NCBI GenBank assembly: GCA_002269645.1
Contig: NIVC01002211.1
Coordinates: 1 to 64,000, forward strand
Reading direction: 5' to 3'
DNA length: 64,000 bases
Source of the DNA: Macrostomum lignano
Lineage: Eukaryota
Made by a program: the position numbers and the translations under genes. Under the pieces are notes generated by a model. The model did not search any database, was not told the DNA's origin, and saw only the letters and a program-made list of their open reading frames with translations. Shown here one piece after another: positions 27,588 to 40,023 of this stretch (position 1 is the stretch's first letter; the number at the start of each line of letters is the position of its first letter).

Positions 27588-28715
27588 ATGGCGTCGTCAT
27601 CCGCGGCAGCAGCTATAAATGAGGATCAAAGACAGCTGCCAGTGTCGCGCGATCCTCGCCAGTACGCCGAGCTGGCAGTCGAGTTCAACAGAGCGGCGGA
27701 GGCGGCCGCCACAGCGGGACGCGGCCAGCCGGAGCGGGACTGGTATGACGAGACCTCAGCCCGTCTGGCCGAGAGCCGCCGTCGCTGGGAGGAGGAAGTT
27801 CGCCTCATGCGAGAGCAATTTTTCTCCTCAGCTGGACGGCAGGATGTCGGCAGTGGTGTAGGAGGCGCGGGCGGCGCAGGCGGGGGCGGTGGAGCGCTGA
27901 AGGAGCGTGCGGCGGCGCTGCTGGACGCGCACACCTTCGACCAGCTGCACACGCACACCGCGCGTCGTCCGGACGGTCGGCTTGGCCACCGCGTTCGGCT
28001 GGACCTGCGCGGCTTCGGCTGCATCGCTGAATCGTCATCGTCGTCGCCTCCGCTGCAGGTGACCGCGTTCGTGACGCCTGGCCAGGGCCCGCCCCGTCGG
28101 GTCACCGTTCGGGTCAGCGGCGGCGCCGGTGGCTCCCGGGAGCTCGTCCGAGCTATCGGGCTGCCGGCTGGCTGCCTTTCGGACAGCCTAACAGCCTGCG
28201 TCACAGCGGACGGCGTGCTGCTCATCGATGCAGTAGTAGAGGACGACAGCTGGCACCAGCAGCAGCACCAGCTGCCGAAGCAGCCGCAGTCTCCGACGCC
28301 GATCTCCCCGTCGTCGTCGATTGCCGCTGAGACAATATCGTCGGATGCAGACGAGACGCCGCGGATTGTCGCTCTAGCCGACGGGCGACGCCTCGTCCGG
28401 CTGCAGTTTCGCCTCGGCAGCGGCTACAGCCCCGACGAGGTGCGTGTCCAGGTGTGCGACAGTCGGCTACGAGTCACGGCCAGGCACGAGGAGCGCTCCA
28501 GAGGTCGGAGCTTCTTCCGCGAGTTCCAGCGCGACTGCGACCTACCGGAAGAGGTCGAGCCAGACGAAGCGGACGCCTCGCTGACGCCCGGCGGTCTGTT
28601 GATCGTGGAGGCGCCGCTGGTGGCGGCTTCCACGGCAGTCAGGCAGCACAACGGCCGAGGTGCCACCCCTGTGCCGGTCAGGGAGGGCGCAGCAGAGCGC
28701 AGCGTGACGTCATAG
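27588..28715 (+). CDS. Small heat-shock protein with two alpha-crystallin domains (p40 major egg antigen/Tsp36-like), intronless, 375 aa
   Basis: C-terminal domain is canonical (YSPDEVRVQV..LRVTARHEE..SFFREFQRDCDLPEEVEPDE..ASLTPGGLLIVEAP). A degenerate first domain ends in LTACVTADGVLLIDA. An N-terminal helix reads RRRWEEEVRLMREQFF. Confidence 0.9.
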   Translation: MASSSAAAAINEDQRQLPVSRDPRQYAELAVEFNRAAEAAATAGRGQPERDWYDETSARLAESRRRWEEEVRLMREQFFSSAGRQDVGSGVGGAGGAGGGGGALKERAAALLDAHTFDQLHTHTARRPDGRLGHRVRLDLRGFGCIAESSSSSPPLQVTAFVTPGQGPPRRVTVRVSGGAGGSRELVRAIGLPAGCLSDSLTACVTADGVLLIDAVVEDDSWHQQQHQLPKQPQSPTPISPSSSIAAETISSDADETPRIVALADGRRLVRLQFRLGSGYSPDEVRVQVCDSRLRVTARHEERSRGRSFFREFQRDCDLPEEVEPDEADASLTPGGLLIVEAPLVAASTAVRQHNGRGATPVPVREGAAERSVTS

Positions 28716-28958
28716 CCTGCTGTGGCTCCCTCGGAACCAATCAACAAATAATTGAATATTGCGACTGACAAATCAAAACGTCAAAACGGTGACCCAGTTC
28801 ATACAGGACACAGACACCTCTGTGGATTCTTCGGGGTGGTCAAGAAGAATTTCGTTTCCAGGAAACTCACTATAGGTACTTTAGCGGGGTTTAACTATAA
28901 ATTAACTTCACTATTGCCATCTGTGGACTTTTCTGTTGCCCGCTTACTCCTGCTCAAC

Positions 28959-29591
28959 CAGGGGCGTCGCCAACGGGGGGACAGGGGGGACATGTCCCCC
29001 CCAGTAAAAGATCTGGGGGGGACATGCCAATGCTTTGTCCCCCCACCCCACCTTGTGGCCCGTTGTGGAAATCAATAATTTTGCTGCATGGTGACAAAAC
29101 ATAGCACCTACGGCGCTAAAATGAGTGCCTACGGCGCTAAAATGAAGGACTGTGGTGCTAAAATGAGTGCCTGCGGCGCCAAAATTAATGACTGCGGCGC
29201 TAAAATGGTGCCTGCGGCGCTAAAATGGTGCCTGCGGCGCTAACATGAGAGACTGCGGCGCTAAAATGGTGCCTGCGGCGCTAAAATGAGTGCCTGCGGC
29301 GCTAAAATGGTGCCTGCGGCGCTAAAATGAGTGCCTGCGGCGCTAACATGAGAGCCTGCGGCGCTAAAATGGTGCCTTCAGCGCTAAAATGAGTGCCTGC
29401 GGCGCTAACATGAGAGCCTGCGGCGCTAAAATGGTGCCTGCGGCGCTAACATGAGAGCCTGCGGCGCTAAAATGAGTGCTTTTGGCGCTAAAATGAGTGC
29501 TTTTGGCGCTAAAATGAGTAGGATGTAGGATTCTAAATTGTAGAATTCTTGGCTTTGTCCCCCCACCATAAAATCCATGGCGACGCCCCTG
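28959..29591. mobile_element. Non-autonomous hAT-type MITE with internal ~20-22-bp minisatellite
   Basis: Perfect 14-bp TIR CAGGGGCGTCGCCA/TGGCGACGCCCCTG. Flanks TGCTCAAC (28951-28958) and TGCTCAAA (29592-29599) form an 8-bp TSD with 7/8 match. Internal GCCTGCGGCGCTAAAATG units span ~29105-29520. Confidence 0.9.
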
Positions 29592-30635
29592 TGCTCAAAC
29601 GTCAATGCTAAATATGATGATTGTCAACTGAAGCGTTTAAAAATAATTGCCTGTACCCGTCAGTGGCAAGCTCGTTTGTTTTAGAAAACTTGACCTACTC
29701 GTGCAGAGTTGAATTGATGCCTATGGCTGGCTAAGCTACTTACAGTATGCGGAATGTTTAACTTTAATTGTGTCGCATTTTGCCACGTCAATCAGTGTAA
29801 TGCAAGAAAGCAATTATAAACTTCTTAAGCCAGTTCTAAGACGGAAAACCTGTTGATTTAATTCGCACAACTGGTTTAAATCTGTGTCGGATATTGCACC
29901 ATTCTAATTTGCTAGCTTCAGAATCGGATCGGATCGGATTTTTTAAAAAGTAAGTTTTCTACTTTTTCAGTAGTTGAACACGCACATTTTATAGAATGCT
30001 TTATAGCTAACCACTATAAACTTACGTATACGATAAATCAACTACACTAAGGTCATATACTTTGTTCATCCATCATGCTCGTAGGCAGTATTTGTTCAAT
30101 AAAACTGCGATATTCTGTGGCAAATTCTTGCTTCGTAAGCACTACTATTAGCAACTTTCGCAGCAACTTTTTCGAGATTATCAATTCCAAAACTGGACAT
30201 GGAAGACGGAAACTGAAGACCGGAGAAGACGGAAACTGCGTTTCTTCCACCATTCGCCCCAATCAATTAACGAAAGACATTCCTACCTGCCCTCAATCGA
30301 ATGGGTACAAAACTGTCGCAGGACTTTGGAATACCTCAGTATAGTTTTATAGTATTTCTTACTTCGACTTCGGGACCTACGGAAATCGCCGCGCACCAGA
30401 TCTGTTTTCTCTCGCTAATGCAATGACGTCAGTAAGGGTCATATAGAAATGGACTGTGCTAGGCAGCGTTATTCAAAAAAGTAACTTCCGTTTGTGAAGC
30501 GTGTTGAAATACGAAATAAGCAATTTTTTGACACCACATTCCGTTAAAAATGAAAATAGAATAGCGGAAATTTTTACAAAAAGCGTTGATCCGTTACTCC
30601 ATTACCTGAGAAAATACTTTTTCTCTCTACGTGCC

Positions 30636-31390
<755 letters not shown>

Positions 31391-34300
31391 CACCCCTCTA
31401 CCTTTCTCTGATCCCTATTGTAGTCAATACATAAAGCGCGTCGGACACCTATGCAATGTGCACCAGGTCCCACATGTACCTCTACCAAATGCGTCAGCTG
31501 AAGGATCTACCCTAACCCTAACCCTATACCGATTGTTGTCTGCAGTGTAAATGAAAGTGTGAAAAGTCTGGTAGAAAATCTATCGAATCTCTTGTAGTTT
31601 TAGTTCCACTAAATTGTAAGCAAGTTCGGCAATGCAGGTAAACTTTCTAAACGCCAAACTTTCCTTTATTCTCTGAAATGTCCTTCCTAACGAATCCCAA
31701 TGCGACTATGTGACGATAAAGCATCTGGGAAGCTGGCTGTCAAATATGCCGATCACGTGTTTTTATTGGATTCTGTGGCAAACTGTGTGGCAACCGGTCT
31801 GTGTGCATGACGGAAGGAAAAAATTTAGTTGGCCTGGGGGCCAGCGCGAGGCCGCCCGGCCTGATGTGTTGTGCCGATAAAGTTTTGTAGCCAAATGGGG
31901 CTGTAATGGGTCCCTCTGCTAGAAGACCTATAATATTACTTTGCCCGGCTTTAGCAACACAAAAGCAGCAGGCCAAGTCAAACTGATCGAACTGATTTGT
32001 AGCCAGGAGGCTAGCCTGGAGGCCAAAGGCAAAAATTATTTCTTAAAGGTCGCGTTGTAAATTCAAGCATTGCTGCATAATATAAGCTGAATGTGGGTTG
32101 GGTTTACTTTTGGTTGCTTTGAAGTGCCTTGTATCAACAAGTCTCTCAGTATAGAGGCTCCCCAACACAGCTATAAGGAGCAGCAATTGCTGTTGATCTT
32201 ACTGGAATGCATACTGCAGGTATAGCTCGCATGAAGTGTGTGGGCTTAGCTTTCTGCGCAGTGTGGGCGTTACTACGTTTGTGCGCGCTTTTATACATTG
32301 AATTTTATTCTGCGGCGATATTACAATATAAATGTATATACGGAATTTGGCTGTAGGGTATTTTTATTCTGCTTACATGTGTACTGCAATGTGTGGAACT
32401 CCCTGAAAACGCATTAAAAGGATTTTTAAACAGGAAAAAGTTGCAAAAAAACTTAAAGTCGACAGCGCAGTGTTCCTCGTTCGTTTTTCTTCGTGTCACA
32501 ATTAACCTCTCTCATGCACGCTGCACTTTTTTTGCTTCATAGTTTAGACTTTGTGTAGCATGCATTTGTAGCGCATTCACTATATATTATAAGTATTATA
32601 GCGTATTTCTATTTTCTATAATATTCTATAACATGTTTAAATCTTCATATTCTAGAAAGTTCTCCAACTAAACAACGCGCGTATACGGTATAAGATAGCA
32701 TACAGTAAGTACAATACTTATATTCTAGAAACTTCCGCGTAAACACGCACTTTCTATATTTGGTATTTTGAACTCCCGCGCACCCCTTTCTAAAAACCGC
32801 TTCTCGAACTTTCCGGATTCCGGAATGTTCTATCAACACGTATATAAATATACAGCACCCTAACACGCAATTACTCAATTCTCTCTCTTCTTTTCCACAC
32901 GGAAAACAACCAAAGAAAAATTTAAGCAAACGAACCACCGCGTTTCACGCCTGAATTATTTTCGCAATCCTACACATTATACAGGTACCAGCCCACAGTA
33001 GTATACCTGCATGCATGTGCAAATCAGAAGAAAAAATCTAGCCAAAATTCTAGAAAGTACCGTTCCAAAATGTGTAGATAGCAGCTTTACATGTAGTTTG
33101 AAGGACAATAGCAGCTGCAGGCTTATCGCAGGAAATAAATCTGTTCATACAAATAACTGCGTGCCTGCATTTTCCATATTGGAAGCAGCAGGCAGGCCTT
33201 AAAATATATAATTGTAATTTTAAGCTCTTTTGGCTTCGAACCGTTTGCTGCAGCCGAAAGAAACTGCAGTTAAAGCTACCGTGCATGTGTAGGGGTTGGT
33301 CGAAAATGTCGAAAAGACTTTGTTATCGTCTGCAAATCGCAAAACGGGCATCAAAAGACAGAGCCAAAGTCAACACAGCAGCTATTATGCATGTATAAGC
33401 TTCACCTATTGTACGAGGGTCGGTCCATGGCTGTAAAATTATGTGCCGTATGCCATACCACACAAGATCCGGCACACTCGCGCGGCTGCAATCTGGGTAG
33501 CCCGCGTATACTTGAGCTGAGCACGTTAATATAGCTAGTCTGACGAGTTAAGATCCAACGCAATTGTCAGATAATGGCAGATAAGTGTCATGTATTATGA
33601 GTTACATAATAATCGCATATGCTTTCGATCTTATAGTACAAGGACAACTTGTACTAGTAATGTATGCATATGTATAGCTATGCTAAAGACATCGCCAATC
33701 GTAATTCTCTCAAATCCTAATTTGCATGTAAATCGCCCTCGTTGGACTAACGTACGTTTTTTGGCAGCCCTTGAGTATTTCATACAGTGTATTAATAGTA
33801 TGAAATTGAGTGATTTTCTTCTATCTTAATTCGTTAAAAAATCCTAAAATTGAAGTATAGCTAATATTAGTGGTTTTACAGTTACATCTTCCTTTCCAAT
33901 TAAACTTGGCCTATATAGGCATCTTGACAAATTGAGCTCACGGGCACGGAAAAAAAGCACGTTAGGAAAATACACTGACTAAAACAATCCATAATTTCCT
34001 AGCTTAGAAAAAACGTACCTGAACATAAATTTTATAGACCTTTTGTACTTGCGACACTTTTAACCTATTTTAGCTTGGAAACATGAGTTATTAACTAATA
34101 CTTTCTTCTCGTGCTTTTCACGTGGTTGTGGCATTTTTTTAATTTATAAAAATTAGCTAATTAGCTCGCTTAATGCTCATTGCTCAGTTTGGACATGTCA
34201 TGTGCAATGAATATTAATCCTTTACTTCGCTTCAGTTCTCTTATAAAATGGATAGATCCTCTATCGCATATGTTTATATGGATTTGTCCTTTTTTAAGTA

Positions 34301-35849
34301 AAAGTTACAACCAGGCCCAAAGCCAAGTTGAATTTAAACAATTCTTGCTTCTCATTTCACCTAAGTAAACATGAGACTTTTTTTGTTGTTTAAATCAATC
34401 AATGTAATAAAAAATTCTAAATACTAACAGATATTTCTGCTTAGTAATCCAACTGTTTAAAATTAGTCTTAGTAATATTTTTTATTTTCATAACTCAGAT
34501 TCCAGATGCTTCTCATAATAAATATAGCCGTAGGCCTAGGCCTACTACTACTTGGCATTTTTGGCATTTTTTGTTTTTTGAATGAATCTTATAATTTTAT
34601 AATAATACCTAGTGACATAGCCTTGCTTGTGTAAAATAGCAATCTTAATAAATTAGCAGTTTTAAATATTGGATTGTTTATAATTATATTATTGTTTGTC
34701 TTTGATACATATTTTCCTTATCAAAGAGCAAACTCTAAAAATGAAATAAAAGCCAAAGGCCTTGGCTTGGTATTATATTTTTATCATCAAGCTTAAAGGG
34801 TGTAATACTGTATAACTATATCTTTAGATAGATTCAAGGGTATTGCTATTATATTCCTAATTATATATTTAGAGATAGGCCTATAACAGTTATTAAATTT
34901 GAAATAGTATTAATATATGACTTAATGATAGGCCTGTAATAGTTATAGGCCTAACATTAGCAGTCATTATTTGCATGATACTGTGTAAATATTGTTAGTG
35001 TTATACTATAATTAAAGTAAATACTTTATAAATTGTGTTATCTTATATCATTCAATATTTGTCCTTATATATCTTTTATTTTCATAATGTGTTTAAACTG
35101 ACTAAGCTAATAAATTGAGTTTAGATATGAATTATATGTTTATAGCTTAGTGTTTTTTATTAGCCTCTACTATTAATAATGCAAAGTATAAAAGGTATTT
35201 CAAAAGAAACACATAAGAATGTGTTTTATTTGCTTTCAAAAAGATAGATTTACAATTAAATATAATTGGATCATAGCTATAACATAAGTAGTATTTGAAT
35301 ACATAGAATATAAAACTAATATTTATTTTAGTTATTATGTAAATAATGATAATAGTACTATTTACCCTTAGTAAAGATCATAGCATGCTTGTGCCAGAAC
35401 AAATCCTATCAAAAAAGTTTAATTGTGCTATATGCCAAAACAAATCTTATCAAAAAAGTTTGCTCATACTATGTACCGCAACTTTTTGAAAAAAAGCAAA
35501 ATTTTCTATAGTTTTCCATTTGAAAAATACTGGTAAAACTTAGAATTAAGGTAAGCGTTATCATTTTGTATGCAACATGTTTTGCCTCATGTTAGGCATC
35601 GTCAGGCTCTTAAAATTAGTAACAATTTATTTGTTAATTTATATTTAACAACTAAGACTAAGAATGGGTCGATAGATCAATACTGTATGTCTGTCTATCT
35701 GTGTGTCTGTTTGTCTGTCTGTCTATCTGTTTGTCTCAGACAGACAGACAGACAGATAGACACACTAATACAGACAGACAGACAGACAGTCTGTTTATAT
35801 ATCTGTATAAGCATTACACGCATACATATAAGTCATATGTATGCGTGTT

Positions 35850-36076
35850 CATACTTGGGTGCAACCTTGGGATTCACTTGGCTGTTTCTATTGGCAACAC
35901 ACACATGTGTGTCACTATTGGACAGAATAGTAGTCACATGACTACTCTTAGCCAATAGCAACTTACATGTGTGTGTTGCCAATAGAAATGGCCAGGTAAT
36001 TCCCAAGGTTGCGCATGTATGTGCGTGTTGCCAATAGAAATAGCTGAGTGAATCCCAAGGTTGTACCCAAACATGT
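35850..36076. mobile_element. Palindromic MITE-like element with duplicated right arm
   Basis: Left arm CAACCTTGGGA..TTTCTATTGGCAACACACACATGT is inverted at ~35965-36021 and again at ~36018-36076. TGCGTGTT flanks both sides of 35850-36021. The end GTTGCGCATGTATG is identical to the TIR at 38111-38124. Confidence 0.65.
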
Positions 36077-36514
36077 CTGTACCCTTAAGTCTGCAGTTTG
36101 TAATATCAATCAAAGTTTATTATTATTATTAGTAAATAATTAGTAGCTATTATAGCTAAATCCTTAAGTGTGACATTAAGACTATAGTAGCTATACCTTT
36201 AAGTTTAGCAATTAGCATTTCTAATTATAGGTAAATTATACCCTATTAGAATTAGTTGTTATTTAGAAAAATATTCCATTGCAATTGCAGTTTTAGATTT
36301 TTTTGTGCAATGTTCAATAGGGAAATATGTAGGTGTATTACAACTATATCTACTAACTTACAATAATAGGCTTATAGGTAAACTGGAAAAGTAATTACGC
36401 CTTATCATATAATTAGTTTCAGGTAAATACCTGTGCAGTATATATGTACTTAAATTCTTTAAAAAGTGTGTTACTATGATGGATTATTTATGGTGTAATT
36501 TTCTTCTTTCATGC

Positions 36515-39500
36515 ATGTCCTCGCGCACTAATTTAAAACAGCAGCTGACCAGGCAACAGCTGCAGCTAAATAATAGCAATAATAGTAACAATAATGCCTC
36601 TACATTGGTGACAGCGCCACAGTCCTCAGCCACAATAGCAGTGGCCGCTTCCTCGGCTGCCACAGTCTCAACTCCGTATTCCGCTGTGCCGAATGTCAGT
36701 CCAGCTCAGAAGCTGATCATCACCTCCCGTCTGCCGGCTTCCAGTTTGCACTTAGTTGGCCCGTGGACCAATTCCAGCATTAGTAGCAGCGCTCCGTCGA
36801 TGCTGCTGCCAGCATTCTGTCTGGAGAATCCCACCGCTTTTCATTTGGCTCAGCAGCAGCAGACGGTGACGGCGACAACTGCAACTGGCAACATGTCGAC
36901 CGGAGCTCGCCCGGCTCGCAGTCCCTCCCAGTTGTCGCCGTTGTCGCCGAACTCCTTGAATTCGGTGGCGTCAGCTTCGGAGCTCTATCAGCCCATCGAA
37001 GACGATATGGATATTGATTTGAACTTGATTGAGCCCACGTTCACTCCGCTATCGTCAACTGTTCCTGTGAGTTTCTCTGGGAATCTCTGCCCTGTAGGTT
37101 GTGTAGATGGGAAATGGGGAATGTCCGGTAGCTTGTATAGATGAGGAATGTCTGGTAGCTTGTATAGATGAGGAATGTCTGGTAGCTTGTATAGATGGGG
37201 AATGTCTTTTAGCTTGTATAGATGAGGAATGTCCGGTAGCTTGTATAGATGGGGAATGTCCGGTAGCTTGTATAGATAAGGAATGTCTGGTAGCTTGTAT
37301 AGATGGGGAATGTCCGGTAGCTTGTATAGATGAGGAATGTCTGGTAGCTTGTATAGATGGGGAATGTCCGGTAGCTTGTATAGATGAGGAATGTCTGGTA
37401 GCTTGTATAGATGGGGAATGTCCGGTAGCTTGTATAGATGAGGAATGTCTGGTAGCTTGTATAGATGGGGAATGTCCGGTAGCTTGTATAGATGAGGAAT
37501 GTCTGGTAGCTTGTATAGATGGGGAATGTCCGGTAGCTTGTATAGATGGGGAATGTCCGGTAGCTTGTATAGATGAGGAATGTCTTTTAGCTTGTATAGA
37601 TGAGGAATGTCCGGTAGCTTGTATAGATGGGGAATGTCCGGTAGCTTGTATAGATAAGGAATGTCTGGTAGCTTGTATAGATGGGGAATGTCCGGTAGCT
37701 TGTATAGATGAGGAATGTCTGGTAGCTTGTATAGATGGGGAATGTCCGGTAGCTTGTATAGATGGGGAATGTCCGGTAGCTTGTATAGATGAGGAATGTC
37801 TAGTAGTTTGTGTAGATAGGGAATGTCTGGTAGCTTGTATAGATGGGGAATCATACATGCGCAACCTCCAAAATTCGGTCGGCCATGCGACTTAGTTTTA
37901 ACAAAAATGCGACGTAGTTTTTGGCCAAAAATGCGACTCACATGTAAAAAAAACCCTAAATTAACGCAACTTTGGGTAAACGGCAGGAGTAACTATGACT
38001 CAAATTAAGTCAAAATGCCTCGTCAGCTACTTAGTACTACTACTTCGGTATTTTTTTGTGTGGGAATTTTTGCGACTTCCTTGGTTGGCCGCCAAATCGG
38101 TCGGCCGACTGTTGCGCATGTATGTGGGGAATGTCCGGTAGCTTGTAAAGATGTCAGTTAGCAGTATACGGTAGATGAGGGTTTCCTGTGGCTTGTATAT
38201 CACTGGGTTTTCAATGCGGAAACCTGGTCTGAATTCCTCTCGTAGCAGTCGATCCAGTCACCGCATCTCTGTAGAAGAATCGTTGCTTTAGACAAGGCAA
38301 GTTTTCATCGGTACCGCCTTCTTAGAGACTGTCTTAGTAATTGCCAGACCCTCGACAGGTGTTGAGCTATTTTTTCCAATGCAAATCGCTTTGGGAGTTA
38401 ATTGCTATAGTGTACTAGCTGAGTCTGGTCTGGGTGACTGGGTTTTTTCAAGGCGAGATGTCGAGTGCCTAATTTTAGGCAATTTCGAGTTTTGGTGACG
38501 CACGAGGCTATGGGAAAAAGGGGTTCCAAGCGTCTGTCACGTGCCTCTGCTCAATTTCTGTTCGCTACCTTGTTATTATCTTGTCTCGGAGTAGGCTAGG
38601 CAGGTGTTCTCCCCAAACACGTATGCTTTTTTGTACTGCTTAGCTGAATAGAAAATTATTATATTACTGCGTGTGCTCACAGATTCAAAATGATATCATC
38701 ATAGACTAGAGATGGAGGGTGAGATGGATCATCGTAGACTAGAGATGGAGGGTGAGATAGATCATCATAGACTAGAGATGGAGGGTGAGATAGATCATCA
38801 TAGACTAGAGGTGGAGAGTGAGATGGATCATCATAGACTAGAGGTGGAGAGTAAGATGGATCATCATAGACTAGAGATGGAGAGTGAGATGGATCATCAT
38901 AGACTAGAGATGGAGGGTGAGATGGATCATCATAGACTAGAGATGTAGGTAGGATGAGATAGATCATCATAGATGATCTATGACTATGACTAGAGATTGA
39001 GAGTGAGATACAGTAGATCATCATAGACTAGAGATGAAGAGTGAGAACCCTTGGTTGGTCGAAGTTAAAGTACAAATAATTTGTACTTTGACTTCTTGTC
39101 TCTCGTGTCACTTCAGCTCATAAGCATCTATCTGTGTGCCGCTATGCTGTAACAGATCCATCGCTTAGATTTCAATACTTTACATTGAGTGCGTGGCTTC
39201 AATGGCTATACTTTGCAGCAGTGCTGCACTGATTTTGTAACTTGATTTGCTGCAATTCTGCTATTCTGTTGCAAACATATTACAGCAGGGCAACTGACTG
39301 TGCTTCTGTCTGTTAAAAGCACGCTTTTACTGTTTGCCTACGTTGTGCCATTTATTATGTTTCTCGTCTCCTCTGCGCCTCCTATGACTAAACTGTTGCA
39401 GTGACTGAATTGGGTTGATCGCGCGCTTTCGCGGGGTGTAGCGCTTTTGCCCATACTGCAGATGGAGCTGCATCATTTCGTGTCTGTCTGTCAGTTTGTC

Positions 39501-39806
39501 TGTCTGTCTGTCAGTTTGTGTGTCTGTCTGTCAGTTTGTGTGTCTGTCTGTCAGTTTGTGTGTCTTGTCTGTCTGTCAGTTTGTGTGTCTTGTCTGTCTG
39601 TCAGTTTGTGTGTCTTGTCTGTCTGTCAGTTTGTGTGTCTTGTCTGTCTGTCAGTTTGTGTGTCTTGTCTGTCTGTCAGTTTGTGTGTCTTGTCTGTCTG
39701 TCAGTTTGTGTGTCTTGTCTGTCTGTCAGTTTGTGTGTCTTGTCTGTCTGTCAGTTTGTGTGTCTTGTCTGTCTGTCAGTTTGTGTGTCTTGTCTGTCTG
39801 TCCTAG

Positions 39807-39838
<32 letters not shown>

Positions 39839-39886
39839 CTAGTGTCTGTCTGTCTGTCTGTCCGTCTGTCTGTCTGTCTGTCTTAG

Positions 39887-39921
<35 letters not shown>

Positions 39922-39964
39922 GTCTGTCTGTCTGTGTCTGTCTGTCTGTCCGCCTGTCTGTCTG

Positions 39965-40023
<59 letters not shown>

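Noticed and set aside
27480-27590. Heat-shock element upstream of the sHSP
   Set aside because: Two GAA units are 10 bp apart but without the intervening TTC or a third unit; not a valid HSE.
31509-31524. CCCTAACCCTAACC as an interstitial telomere
   Set aside because: Only about two units; expected by chance.
36988-37941. 262-317-aa repeat ORFs on both strands
   Set aside because: They lie in the MITF intron-1 minisatellite, beyond a strong GTGAGT donor at 37067.
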